Of a stretch of DNA of 64,000 nucleotides, positions 11,556-24,632 are shown piece after piece. Each line of letters opens with the position of its first letter. Within the stretch, counting starts at the first letter, position 1. The DNA comes from Camelus ferus (Eukaryota), in contig NC_045697.1 of assembly GCF_009834535.1 (NCBI RefSeq), positions 69,938,001-70,002,000 of the forward strand, written 5' to 3'. The notes beneath the pieces are model-generated. The model made no database searches and was not told the DNA's origin. It was given only the letters and a program-made list of their open reading frames with translations. The translations under genes were made by a program, and so were the position numbers.

Positions 11556-13296
11556 GTAAGCATTATAGCCCCTTTTAAAATACAAGAGCAAGATGAGCTT
11601 CCGACTTCCCTGAGGCACTGCGATTTTCACAGGGGGAAGAAGAATTCTCTGCATTATTTGCTTTTCGACTTTTTATACCAGAATTTAAAGTATTTTCAAG
11701 TTCCCTAAAAAAATAAGGGAATTTGAAAATACCCTTCAAATTAACCTAAGAGAATTGGTGTGGAGAAGACCACACAGTAGAATAGCTGAGTATCCCAGCT
11801 AGCATCTAAGTCAATTCCATCAGGTTTCATTCAGACGAGCAAATAAAAATCTAGGAAAATAAAACAATCCATCTGTGGTCACTTTGCTCATTAATGGCAA
11901 AGCTAGGGCCATAAATTCCATTTTAAAATTCCAGTTCAGTGTCCTTTCCACCTCCTAAATTGTCTACTGTACCCTTTTGCCCCAGCAAAGATAAAAAATG
12001 AATTTACTGACTTGAACTTACAAAAGGCCCTACTCAGAAAGTAGAATGAGTAAGTCTAAGGTTTGAGTTACACAAAGCTGGAACTAACTCCTCACATACT
12101 TTTTTATTGTTAGATAATAGTATTTTCTGAATTTAAAATATTTGAATGTATTTTATTCAGCCTAGAATAATTTTAGAATTTACAAAAATCAGATGTTTTG
12201 TGGCAACCTAATTTATAGCTGGTAATTTATATGCCATATACTCAATGTATACCAAGAAAAACTTGAACATAGATTCTCTTAAAAAATAGTCAATGAACTA
12301 AAAATATTGGCCTCAAGAAAATCTTGAGATCGATTTCTAGAAATATGGATGTATTTTGACACTGCAAATTATTCTAACCAGAAAAACTCTTTGCTATAGA
12401 AATAAAATGTGTATTTCCCAATACTATGATACATAAGACTTCCGTGTAAGATAGAAAATATACAACAAGCTTCTTAAATTTCAAGACTAGTGTATCACCT
12501 TCAAGAAAATTAAACTCTTTCCTATGTTCCTAATCCATATATTTTCTTTTCCACATGATTGTGAATTCCCTAAGGGATGTAACTTTATCTTTTATCCTTT
12601 AGGCCTATGACACTGTAGGTGTCTAATAAATGATTGCTGAGTGATTGAGAGAAAATCATTAAATGTTACTGAATGTTATAAATAACAACATGCCAGAGGT
12701 TCTCCAGTTTATCATCTATAGATGTAATATCATTCTTTTGCTACTGGATTTTTCTTCTCCTTCAAGTTTTACCATCCTTTTAGAAGATACAAATTTAAGA
12801 TGTTGGTTTTCTTAAAGTACAGTATGAAAGTCCTTATTTACAGTTAAATTAATGTAAAGCATGTTTGTAGGTGCTGCATTTTAAAGCTGTTACTTTAACT
12901 TCCTTTATCAAAATTGATAACCATGTTATATATTTTTATGTTGGTAAGCCAACAGTGACTTTAATGTAATTAAGTGTAGAATGTATTTTATGTTTCTCAC
13001 AAATGCTTTGATTTTTCCAGGGAAAACTTTTTTCTTTCCCCCTCATGCCTATTTTGATTTCAATGTTCTCAAAACATTTGGTCTTAAAATAAGAGCCTCA
13101 CACTGCTTTGACATGAGTGACAACTCCGTGCAAAGAAGGTGGAGAAATGTTAGATGTGTGAGAAAATGCCTAGAACCCCTTGTCAGAACGACTGTCCTTC
13201 TGTGACTTCAGGATCTGAGCACGCCCGGAAGTGAGGTTAACAAGGGAGACTCCAAGGCCTTTTGTGGCAACAGTGGAGAGGGGGAACCAGCACTCC

Positions 13297-13429
13297 ATGA
13301 ACATGAGCCTGAAGTCCCCAGTGTCTGCTCCTCAGTTTGAGAGCAGAGGCAGCCATATTTCAGCGAGAAATGGAAGCTGTTTTCTAGTCAGGCACACCCC
13401 TCATCCCAGAAGGGTCTGCCACATCAAAG
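13297..13429 (+). CDS. C4orf17: C4orf17 orthologue, coding exon 1 (exon begins at 13212)
   Basis: Translates [44 protein letters not shown], matching the C4orf17 N-terminus as I recall it ([18 protein letters not shown]). Acceptor ttcag|13212; donor G|gtaagg at 13430 (phase 1). Lies next to TRMT10A as in human. Confidence 0.93.
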
Positions 13430-16190
13430 GTAAGGTGACTCAGGGTTCTAGGATGTCTCTCTCTCCTATATATTTGGGCTACCTGATGATTATGGTGGAT
13501 AAACACAGGGTTATTATTCAAAATATTTAACCGCTGGTGAGGCCCAGGCATTGACTACGGGGACCAGCACTGGAGCTAGAGCAGAGGCCTGCAGACACCC
13601 TCTGTGCCAGCCTTAAGCCTTGGTTTACTTGAGTGATAGGAAGGGGACCTGGAGAGGTGCCAAAGGGGCCACTCAGGAAGCTCAGGGCAGCAGTTGACCA
13701 AGTGGAATGAAAGTTATTTCAATTTTTAACAAACTATACAGTCATGCTAGCATCTCCATGCTAAATACCAGCCCTGGAGAAGCACATATTTTATGCATTT
13801 TTTTTCTCTCTCTCAATCCTTTCTTTCTCGCCTCCCTTTCTCTCTCCCTCCCTTCCCTCCTTCCTGCTTTCATCTCTCCCTCCTTCTTTCCCTCTCTCTT
13901 ACCTTGCTGTCTTTCACATTTTAAAATTTAGTTTCTGTCACACCATATAGTACTATATTTTTTCCTATCCCCATGACTTCTCCTTTACAGCATTTTTCCC
14001 CCAATGATTCTGCAGTAAATGTTCAAATCCCTTCACAGCGAAGTCCTTGGCCATTTTCCCCGTTACAAGCTTAGTTAATAAATACCCTTTAAAAGCTTTA
14101 AATGTCAACTACTCATTGAATATATCTGATTTCCTTTGAAATATTTCACATCCTTAACAAGCAAATTCTTGCCAAGCTGTAGATAACTACTGTAGATTAA
14201 ATAAATCAAATTTATAAACAAAGAAACCACATCATTTAAAACACTTTCTTACTGTTTACCAACTTAGTAGCATTAGTAATAAAGCTACTTTCTCATCAAA
14301 CTGAGGTTGCCTATCAGAGAATTAGCAAGGATGTGAGATTTTCATCTTCACCTGACCCTCGCCCACAAGGTGGGTCCTTTAGAATCACTAGAGTAACAGA
14401 TACCTGATGCCCTGTAGAGGGAGCTGGTCTTTCTAGGGCCCAAGGCTCCCGCATATTCAAAGAAGTTAATGAAACTCTCGCCAAGATTGTCTCTAACCTC
14501 CTTCACTGCTGGATTGAATGTCCCATTTCCCTGGCTAACTTTAAATCATTTAATGTTGTCCCATTTGACTCTGAAACCACTTTAAAGCCATTTCATTTGA
14601 CCCTTTGCATATTTTTATAGAGTTCTTTCCTAACTCTTGTATAGATGGAATATGAATTCTTTATTACTTATGTCCAATATGATATATTTACATGTATATG
14701 TTGTTAAATATATTTTTCCACTGGAAAAGGAAATATGTGGATGAGTAAGAAAAACAAAGCTGAAAACAAAAGTAGAAATGAAGGGGAAAAAAGCCCTCCC
14801 ACCCACACAGACACACACAACGTGCGCACACACATAACACACATTTTTACTAATTAAAGGAAGTAGCAGAGAAAATAGGACTTTTCCATTGGTTTGTCTC
14901 TGGGTTGATATTTTATTTATTATATTTGGTAGGCAACTTTTCACTATGTGCATGGGCCAATCACTCACCCAGGTGCTTAACATAGAATGATAAGACGTGA
15001 TGCTGTCTTCAATTTTTTTTCCTCATTTCTATTTGGTACCAGTTACTATCAGTAAAGTTCTAAGTATTAGACTAAATTAAAGATTTATATTTGGCTGTGT
15101 TATTCGTCTATTTAACAAAGAACCACAGAGCACCAACTTTGTGCCAGGGACTCTTCTAGACACTGGGAATAGAGCAGCAAACAAGAGACAGCTCCATGCT
15201 TTCGTGAAGCTGACATTCTAGCGCTGCTCAGCCCAGCAGTGTGCAAGCAGATGCTGTGGGCAGAGTACAAGAGCACAGGGGACAGAGCCTGATGGGATGC
15301 TTTGCAGGCAGGGTTGTCAGCAAAGACGTTTTTGATGTCATTTAAGCAGATGGATAAGAAGGGGGTGAACTGACAGTACTAGGAGGAGATTTGGAAGAAT
15401 GAGCAAATATGCAAAACACTCCAGACGCTTCCTGTGCGACTTCTTGGGAGACAAAGCAGCCATCTATTACTACCTCTCATAATTCACTGATTAACAGAAC
15501 AGGGCCCTGCACGTGCCCATTTCCTAAGCTGTCTGATTCGACGTGACACAATGTTGATACTGAAAAGAGGGCCTGTCTGTAATTCAGTATTTGAGCCAAA
15601 AGCAAACAGCTATTATAGGAGAGTGACTGAACCCAGAAAGCTCTGACGTGAGGAAGGGAGTTCCTTTATACCAAGTTTTCCTTCCTTCCTTCCCACGCAA
15701 TCTCCCTTATCCTGCCTCCTATCCTTAGCTCCAACAGCTTTTTGCCTTCTGTCAGGACAAAAGAAGAGCCAGTATACGTCATTTAGGACTTGTTACACTG
15801 GGACATTCTGGGTGCTTTCAGAAGTCTAAATCCGGTATTCGTGATTTAGACTTTGTCGTAATCCCTCTTTGTCATCGTCAAGACGGGAAACGAAAGGTCT
15901 GTCTGGGAGAGAAGCACATCTACTCCGCTGGACTCCCAGACCAAGATCAAAGATGTGGGCTTGCTTCCCAAAGCTAACAAGATGGCAGGACATTGTAAGG
16001 AAGCGTATATTGCAAACATCATTTGCTACACTGACTTTCAAAGAATGTCCACCTAGCACTGGTTCATACAATTTGAAGCCTGACATCTTATGTACATTTC
16101 ATAGTATCTGGTTGAGAAATTGCTGATCATTCAAACTAAACCTGCCAAAATCTAACCTGGTCGTTTGTTCTTTTGATCTTATTCACCTAG

Positions 16191-16400
16191 GTTTGAATAA
16201 CATTCCGATCTGTACCGTGAATGATGATGAGGACTCATTCAGAACATTGTGGGGTGCCGGCCAGTTCAACCACTCAGAGAAGGACGAGATACCGTATGCC
16301 AAATGCAGTTACCCACCCAGCACTGCAGCCCTGGAGAGCCCCGTCAGAGGAGCCTCACCAGGCCCAAACAGGCTCAGAGCGCCCCCACGGCCTCATTCTG
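16191..16400 (+). CDS. C4orf17: C4orf17 coding exon 2
   Basis: cctag|GT TTG AAT AAC ... CAT TCT G|gtgagt; 210 nt, phase 1-1; [15 protein letters not shown]...PPRPHS. Confidence 0.95.
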
Positions 16401-16949
16401 GTGAGTCCCTCTCCACTCACGAAATCTTTCCTGAGGCCTCCTGCAAACTATCAGGAGGGAAAAAAATCTGTATGATTGTTCATATAGCTGCAGTCATTTT
16501 TAAACAGTCATGAAATTTCCTCACTGTGAAATAGGTTATTCATTATAAAATTTTTTTACTCATCTAATCTCAATCCAGTAGTTCAATAATGTTAATAAAT
16601 ATTACTTAAAATTATCATTGTTATTGTTAATTGTGCCCAAGACAAATTTGTTATGGTTCTAGTCTCTAATCTCTACAAAGTAGCTAAGGGGTACCAAAAA
16701 TGAGTATCAGCCAATAGTGGTGCAGAAACTACCACAGACACAAAGTAAGTCAGGGAAACGTAATAAGGATGGAATTGCATGTTTACCTCTTCCCCATGGG
16801 ATGGTCACCTCCTTAAGGTCAGGGCCCAGTGTTACTGCTTTGTGTATTTTTGCAACTTTTGGTATCTCCTCGGGTCCCAGCCCAATGCTTGGTCTTTAGC
16901 AAACAATTCAATTCAATTAATTAATATTTATTAAATTAAATTAAAAGGG

Positions 16950-17155
16950 ATTAACCAAATGTACAGCATGATGACTGCAGTTAATAACACTGTATTATAT
17001 ATTTGAAAGTTATGAGAGTAGATCTTAAAATTTCACATCACAAGAAAAAAAGGGCAACGATGTATGGTGATGAATGCGAAGTAAACTGTGATAACCATTT
17101 TGCAATATACATGTGATCACATACATATCATTATGTTGTACAACTTAAACTAGTA
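16950..17155 (+). mobile_element. L1MA-like 3' end fragment
   Basis: gtacagcatgatgactgcagttaataacactgtattatatatttgaaagt ... ttatgttgtacaacttaaac. Confidence 0.7.
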
Positions 17156-18640
17156 AGAAAAAAGCACAGTACGGCAAAATCTAAAAGGCACAGTACAATA
17201 AAAGTAATTCTGATTGGTAGAAATTGTGTCTAGTTCTCTTTCTCCTGCCTTATATAATTATAAACTCTTACTAAGTTTCAGGGCACATGAAAATTATTTT
17301 GGTATAATGTGGTAAAGTATATATATATTTCCCAAAAAATAACGATAAAAGGGATCATTCATAGAGTACTTACTACGTAATTCCATCCTAAAGCCTCCAC
17401 ACTTGTTCACTTCCTTCACCCTCTTCCCTCCTTTCCACTAGCCAGGAAGAACTAAAGCCCACCTGTTCACCTTCTTTCTGCTGTCCCTTCTTATACTGTA
17501 AAACGGGAAACTTTAAAAATTACATTTGCAAGGGTCCCTTGATGAGAATTAGATGGTGCCATCTAGTAAGATTTGTATCGCAGATGTGGACGCGGCTGAA
17601 GGCATCTTTTTGGTTGCTGTCTGCTACCAAGCATGACTGGAGACAGGGGTTTCCTACTGCAACATCCCAGGGTTCAGATTCTGGATTTACAGATGTCAAA
17701 AGGCAAGTCAGCAGATGTGGTGGCTTTCTGACTGCAGCAGTGGTCCAGGGGCTTTTTGTGACAGCAGTTGACATAGCCATGCCTCCTGAGTTGGGATAAA
17801 GGCTGTGCCCCTCGTGGTGGGCCAGGTGCACGGTGTTGTTCTTGAAGTGATTTGTGAAGGTCAAGACCAGAGTTCATTGCTCCAGTCCTTCCAATGATAT
17901 TACAAACACCTAATTCCCTGCATTATTGACATTTTTGCTTAAAATAGCTAGAGTGGTTTCCGTTTGCCATCAGATGAACACTGAGTAGACTCAGCATTCA
18001 TAACTTTCTTCTCACTACTTGGAGAGAGCTAGCTTTCCAAATTAAAAAAAAAAAATCTTTCTTCAGCTAAAACTAATGAATTCAGTTACTACTGGGGATA
18101 CATATAAAATCTTTTCATCTTTTAACAAATTGTTGTGTTGGCTTCAGTAAAAAAACAACAACACAGCATCGCTTACACAGACTATATCTTTAAATTAATG
18201 CAAAGGGAAGTTAAGCAAATATTCAGGTAGTTTAGGGTAATTCAGGGGATTTAGTAAGATGACTGTGTGAAATGGGTAGGATTGAAAGACAGATGAAATA
18301 AGTAAAATAAAGGATGTAATTTTAACTCAGCACATATCTCCTCTTAAACTTAAATATGCACTTTAAAAAATCAGTTTACCCAGATCAAGGAAGCTCTTAT
18401 AGTGTTTCTTTAAATCACCTTCCTGGGCATAGAAATAGTTTTGTAATATAAATATGCTTTTATCATGTTATCATAGGACAATTCTACCTGCAAGTTTTCT
18501 AATATTTATAAATGTATCCCCGAGTTGACCTTAAATGAAATTCAGATAAACTCTCATCTATCTCAGCATATGATGTATATGTCATGTGAAAGTTTTTCTT
18601 CAGTTTGATATAAGTATGTTTTTCCCCACTCTCATTTCAG

Positions 18641-18705
18641 AGCCCTGTCGAAAAATCAAAGAGTGCTTCAGAACTTCCAGTGAGAATCCCTTAGGACTTC
18701 AGAAG
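18641..18705 (+). CDS. C4orf17: C4orf17 coding exon 3
   Basis: tttcag|AG CCC TGT CGA ... CAG AAG|gtaagg; 65 nt, phase 1-0; EPCRKIKECFRTSSENPLGLQK. Confidence 0.93.
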
Positions 18706-18804
18706 GTAAGGAAACAACTATTTACAGCTACCTAGTTAGTTTTGACTTCTGTCATTTCCTCTCCTTTTCTTCACATTCCTTCCTGGAAAGGCACTTTTCA
18801 CAAT

Positions 18805-21800
18805 TATTTTTTACAGCTTTATTTAAGTATAACTTAATATGCTATAAAATGCATATATTTAAAGTGTACAGTTTGATGCGTTTTTGACAAATGTACATCC
18901 ACACCTGGGAAGCCACCACTGAAATCAAGAGAATGAACATGCCTATTACTCCCTGAAGTTTTCTCATGACCCTGGTCCTCCCACACGCAAACATTTATCT
19001 GCTGTCACCAAAGATTAGCAAGCAATTTTTAGGATTTTATGTAAATGAAATTTATAGTGAACTCTCTTTTTTAAAACCTGGTTCCTTTAGCTCAGCATAA
19101 TTATTTTAATATTCATCCATGTTGTTATGTGTATCATTCATTCCTTTTTTATTGCTGATAGTATTTAATTTTATTGGTATCCCAGAATTTATTTACATGT
19201 TCATCTATTGATAGACATTTAGCTTGTTTCCAATTTTGAACAAAGCTGATATAAACATCTGTGTACAAGTGTTTGTATGGGTAGATATTTTCTTTTCTCT
19301 TGGGTGAATATGCTGGAGTGGCATGACTGGGTCTTGTAATAGGTGTTTAAGTTGTTAAGAAACTGCCAAAGAATTTTCCAAAATGGCTGTACGATTTTAC
19401 ATTCCCACCTGCCGTGTATGAGAGTTTACTTTTCTGCATATCTTGCCAAACTTAAGTCTGGTCAGCATTTTAAATTTTAGCTAATCTAGTGGTTATGTAT
19501 TGGTATCATACTGTGGTTTTAATTTGCATTTCCCCAATGACCAGTGACATCTTTTCATGTTCTTACTTGCCATCTATATATCTTGTTATGAAAAGTGTAA
19601 GTTCAAATATTAAAATTAGGTTGTTGGTCTTTTTATTATTAAGTTTAGAGGTTATTTATGTATTCTAGATATAATCCTTTTGTCATATACACATTTTGCA
19701 AATGTTTTCTTCCAGCTTGAGGCTTATTATTATTATTTTTTGTAATAGTGTCTTTAGAAGAACCAAAATTTATAATTTTGATGAAACCCAAATTAAAAAA
19801 TTTTCTATTATAGTTTCAAATTCACATGCTGTTTCTCTCTATTGTGCCTTACTGCGATGGCTAACCTCTAGCACAATGGTGAATAAAAGTCATGACGGCA
19901 GACATCCTTGCCTTGTGCCTAATCATAGGGGGAATGCGTTCAGACTTTCACCATTATGATGTTATGTTATGTTATTCACAGATGCTCTTTATATGGCTGA
20001 GGAAGTTCCTTTCTACTCCTAGTGTTCTGAGAATTTTTATTTGAAATGGGGGTAGGATTTTGTCAAATGCTTTTTTGCATCTGTTTGAAGTGATCATATT
20101 ATTTTTCCTTTTTAGTCTGTTAATATAGTGAATTGTATTGGTTAACTTCCAAAGGTTAAACTAACGTTGCAGTGCTGGGAAAAAACTCCACCTGGTCATA
20201 TGTTTTCTTTTTCTACATTTAATTTAATTTCATAAAACATTGTTTAGCATTTTTGTGTCTATGTTCATAAGAAATATTTGTAGTTTATTTGCAATGTCTT
20301 TCCTGGTTTTGGTATCAGTAAAATACTTGCTTCATAAAATAAGTTGGAAACTTCATTTTAATATTCCGGGAAATTTTATGTAGAATTGGTATTGTTTCTT
20401 ATTTAAAAGTTTAGTAGAATTCTTTAGTGAAGCCATCTGAATCTGGAGTTTTCTTTGAATCAAGGTTTTTAACTGCAAATTCAGTTTCTTATTTTCACAG
20501 ATATAGGCTATAGGTTTTCTGTTTCTTCTTCAGTGAGTTTGGTAGTTTGTTTTTCAAAAAATTTGTCCATTCATCTGTCATTGAGTTTGCCGATATAAAG
20601 TCATTCATAAAATATCCTTTAAATGATTATATGACCTGTAGAGATGTTCTGTCTCTCATTCCTGACATTGGTAACTTATGTCTGTTTTTTTCCCTGATGT
20701 GTCTAGCTAGAGGTTTATTAGTTTCATTGATTCGTAAAGAATCAGCTTTTCATTTCATCGATGATCTTTATTGTTTTGATTTTCTGTGTCCATTTCATTG
20801 ACTTTGGTTCATGTCTTTATATAAGATGAAAACTTAGGTCGTTGACCTGAGACATTTTTCCCTTCTCATATAAGCACATATTGTAAGTTTTGTATAAACA
20901 CTGTTTTGGCTGCATCCCCCAAATTTTACTATGTTGAGTTTTCCTTTTCATTCTGTTCAAAATATTTCCTAATTTCATTTAAAGTTTCTTCTTTGACCAC
21001 ATGGGTTACTTAAAATTATGTTATATAATTTCCAAATATTTGGGGATTTTAATGCTATCTTTATGTGACTGATTTCCAATTTAATTCCATTGTGGTCAGA
21101 GAACATACTTTGTTTACTTTGAGACTTTCAAAATTTATTGTGACTTGTTATATGGCCCAGAATATGGCCGACCTTAATTAAATTTTCCATGTGTCTGTAA
21201 AAAGAATGTTCACTCTGCTGTTCTGGGGAGAATAATCTAAATATCAATCAGGTCAAGTTGGTTAATACTGTTATTCAAGTCTTCTATAGCCTTACTAATT
21301 TGCTGCCTACTTTTTCTATCAGTTATTGAGAGAAAGGGGTTGAAATCTGACTATAATTGTGGATTTCTATATTTCTCTTTTCATTTCTATCAGGTTTTAA
21401 TCATATGTTTTGAAGCTCTTTTATTAGAATACCTATTTCTTTGTCCTCTTGATGAAATGACCCTATTATCATCATAAATTTACCATCTTCAACCCTGATA
21501 ACATTCTTTGCTTTGAAATCTGTTTCATCAATAGAACTGTTCAGGTTTTCTATTTCTTTCTTATTTAAATTAAAGTATAGTTGATTTACAATATTATATT
21601 AGTTTCAGGGGTACAGCTTAATGATTCAGTATTTTTATAAATTAAACTCTATTGGAAGTTATTATGAAATAATGGCTATAATCCCTGTGCTGTACAATAT
21701 ATCCTTGTTGCTTACCTGTTTTATACATAGTAGTGGTTTCAGAGTCAAATGGGACAAGATTAAATGATTTAAAGTTAGCCAGGGAAATGTGAAATTCAAT

Positions 21801-24110
21801 CCAGCAGTGAAGGAGGTTATGACAATCTTGGTGGGAGTTTCATTAACTTCTTTGAATATACAGGAGAATTAGGTAATGGAGCCTTGGGCCCAAGAAAGAC
21901 CAGTTCCCTCTACAGGGCATCAGGTATCTGCTACTCTAGTGATTCTAAAGGCATTTTTATTACCTTTTTGAACTCATTGTCTGATAGACTATCTATCTCT
22001 GTGTCATTTTTTCAGGGGTTTTCTCTTGCTCTTTCAATGAGAGTAGGTCCTCTGCCTTTTCATTTTATTTAATTTTCTCTGTCTCTATAAATTTAGGTGA
22101 AACAGTTACCAACTGCAGTCTTGAAGGGGTGTCCATATGCAGGAACACCCCTATACAGACTGCTTATGCCCAGTGCCTTTGGTTGAAGAGCTAGATTTTT
22201 TTGTTGTTGAAGGGCTAGATTTGATGTGGATATAAGTCACGCCTTTCCTCAGAAGGTACTGGCAGCTGTCACCTTGGTAGGAGATGGGGATGTAGATGGA
22301 GGGACTAAGGTTAGAGCCAGGTGTGAGGTGGGGCTCCTCTCTGCTCAGTGGCCATCACCACCCTAATGGTGGTGGGGTCGGATCCCAAGCTGCTGGAGCA
22401 GCAGCTCTGAGGGTCAGGTCTGAGGTGGCTATTCCCTTTAAGTGTGCTTCCCCTTCTCCCAGCACTGGGACCCTTGCCTCAGAGGGAAACTGTGCTGAAG
22501 GAAGAGGGGGACTTGCAGGCTCATGATGGGGCATGGGCTGTGGCAGGTTGGCCACAGACAGAATCCAGACTGGCTCTGATGTGCCACCTGTGTGAGCAAC
22601 AGCAGTTGTTGCCCTCACCCTGCTCAGATGCAGCCCAGGGTTCAAGTCCTCTTTGTCCGTTACAGCCGATCACTCCTCCCAGCCTCTACTGCCCTGACCC
22701 TGTGTGCAGCCGCAGTGCAGGGCAGGTGGGGCTGTGTGGGCTCTCAGTATGTATCAGGAGCAGGCTGTGATGGACTGGCTGCTATCAGAGTTCCAGGCTG
22801 CTTCTGAGTAGCACCTGCCTGAGTAGCACCAATAATGGCCACCCCACCCCACCCCACCCCACCCAGAAGCTACCCCAGATCTGAGTCACCTCTGCATTTC
22901 ACAGTCAAGCTCTCTCCCCAGCTGTGGCAGCCCTCGCTCCAGTGGGGATCCGTGAAGGTGAAGTAAGCAGGGCTGAAACGTTCACTTGGCTCAGGCTGCG
23001 ACGCACGCTGGGGTGGTGGCAGGAACCGGGCAGCCACTGGGGCAGTCTTTAATCCTTCCTCACTGAGCTGCCTCAGGGACAAGCCAGTACATGTGGGCTC
23101 CTCACGAGCAGAGTCCAGAGTCCAGGGCAGAGTCAAGGCTTCCTGTAGCCCTCCTGCTAGGCCCAGCGGTCCTCCACCCAGCCAAGGGGGCTCATCTTCC
23201 CTGTGCAGGACCTGAGGGCTGGGTGCTCAACAAGTGCGTTGAACCACTTACTCCTCAGGGCGAGTATCAACCTGTGGATTCTCCCTTTACTTCCGAGTCC
23301 CTCCCTGCGGCACAGGTCACTTCTCTTCCCTTCCTACCCTATTCTCTGTGGCTCTTTCTTTTTTTTTGGTGCGGGAGGGGGTAGGTAATTAGGTTTGTTT
23401 CATTTACTTATTTATTTATTTGGAGGCACTGAGGGTTGAATCCAGGACCTCGTGCATGCTAAGCACGCACTCTACCACTGAGCTACACCCTCCCCCATTA
23501 ACCCCGTGGATCTCACAGCCTTGATTATACAGGAGTCTTTCTGCCAGTTTCCAGTTAGTTTTCAGTGAGGATTGTTCCACATGTAGATTGTATTTCTGAT
23601 GTGTTTGTAGGGGGAGATGAGTTCCACAGCCTCCTGTTCTGTCAACCTGCCTGTTAGGTGTCTATTTCTTCCTGAAATGATTTTGGTAATATATTCTTTT
23701 CCTAAAAATTATTCATTTTGTTTAAATATTAAAACTTATGGATCATATTATACATAATATCCACAGAATCTGTAAGATGTACCCTTTTACGTATCAGTTT
23801 TGTTAGCTTGTGTCTGATCAGTTTCAATTTTATTAGTATATCAAATAACTAATTTTTGTGGGTTTTTTTGATCCTCTGTGTTGTATGTTTCTATTTTGTT
23901 GATTTATTTATCTTTTTTCTCTTTCCATTCACACTTTGTATTTTATTGTTCTTTTTCTAACTTCTTTTATCTTTGTAACATATATATTTAAAGCTACAAA
24001 ACCCCCTCTGAGGATTGCTTTAGCTGCTTTCATAATTTTTGCTATGTAACATTTTTATTAGGATTAAGTTAATCTTTTTTCTAATTCACATTATAATTTT
24101 TTGTTTGATT
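18805..24110 (-). mobile_element. Large antisense old L1 cluster in C4orf17 intron (3' UTR, ORF2 pieces, GC-rich 5' UTR at about 22050-23640)
   Basis: Antisense ORF2 RT-region signature at 19870-19960 (gacatccttgccttgtgcctaatcatagggggaatgc). A younger L1 3' end is nested at about 21550-21735 and a SINE at about 23360-23496. Boundaries approximate. Confidence 0.8.
23360..23496 (-). mobile_element. tRNA-Ala-derived SINE (Vic-1-type)
   Basis: Reverse complement reads GGGGGAGGGTGTAGCTCAGTGGTAGAGTGCGTGCTTAGCATGCACGAGGTCCTGGATTCAACCCTCAG with an (AAAT)n tail. Confidence 0.88.
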
Positions 24111-24514
24111 CATGACTTAATTCCTGGACATTATGTATGAAAAATCATTTATAGGAATCTGAAGCTCATGATAAATGGATTTTCTTCCAGATAATTGGTG
24201 CTTGTTTCTGTAGGAACCCAGAGGCCCTACCAACCTAGATCAACTTACCCAAGTTCAAACTTTGATCTCAGGCTATATTTCTTCAAGGATTTTGGACTTC
24301 TAGGTCACCTTCACCTTGAGGGATGTAGCCCTTTGTTGGCCTTTATTTGGGTCCTGAGCCTTGAGTCCTGTCTTTCAGAAACTTTAAGGCTGTAAAAAGG
24401 AAAGTTTTCGTTCTCTAGGGTAAGACAGTGATCTCAGGGCAAAACTGGCTACTAAACATCCTATAACCTCGTGTCTCATTTCCGCTTCACTTTTTGATCT
24501 ATTAATTCCTATGT

Positions 24515-24632
24515 TACATATGGAATATACATGTAAATATACACACATATATGTATGCATGTAAGCAAATACGTGTGTATATACATACCATTTACACATA
24601 TGTATGTGTGACTGTGTGTGTGTATATATATA
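24515..24632. repeat. Degenerate TA/TG/CA microsatellite
   Basis: Alternating purine-pyrimidine run. Confidence 0.7.

Larger units (their letters stand above)
1442..13296 (+). pseudogene. Chain of 11 exon-like segments in frame with C4orf17 (decayed N-terminal extension or upstream fossil gene; may now serve as 5' UTR exons)
   Basis: Segments 1442-1512, 2885-2928, 3564-3596, 4544-4626, 5369-5415, 6193-6234, 7432-7483, 7581-7642, 8943-8979, 9570-9797 and 11489-11555 each have an AG acceptor and a GT donor (GC for the third). Their phases chain without a break into 13212 in the C4orf17 frame. Eight stop codons, all from 7468 onward. Confidence 0.55.

Noticed and set aside
7468..13218. In-frame TGAs in the exon chain as selenocysteine or readthrough codons
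   Set aside because: Four of the eight stops are TAA and I see no SECIS element; decay is the simpler explanation.
22296..23388. Cluster of overlapping ORFs and a GC-rich island
   Set aside because: Explained by the 5' UTR of an old antisense L1.
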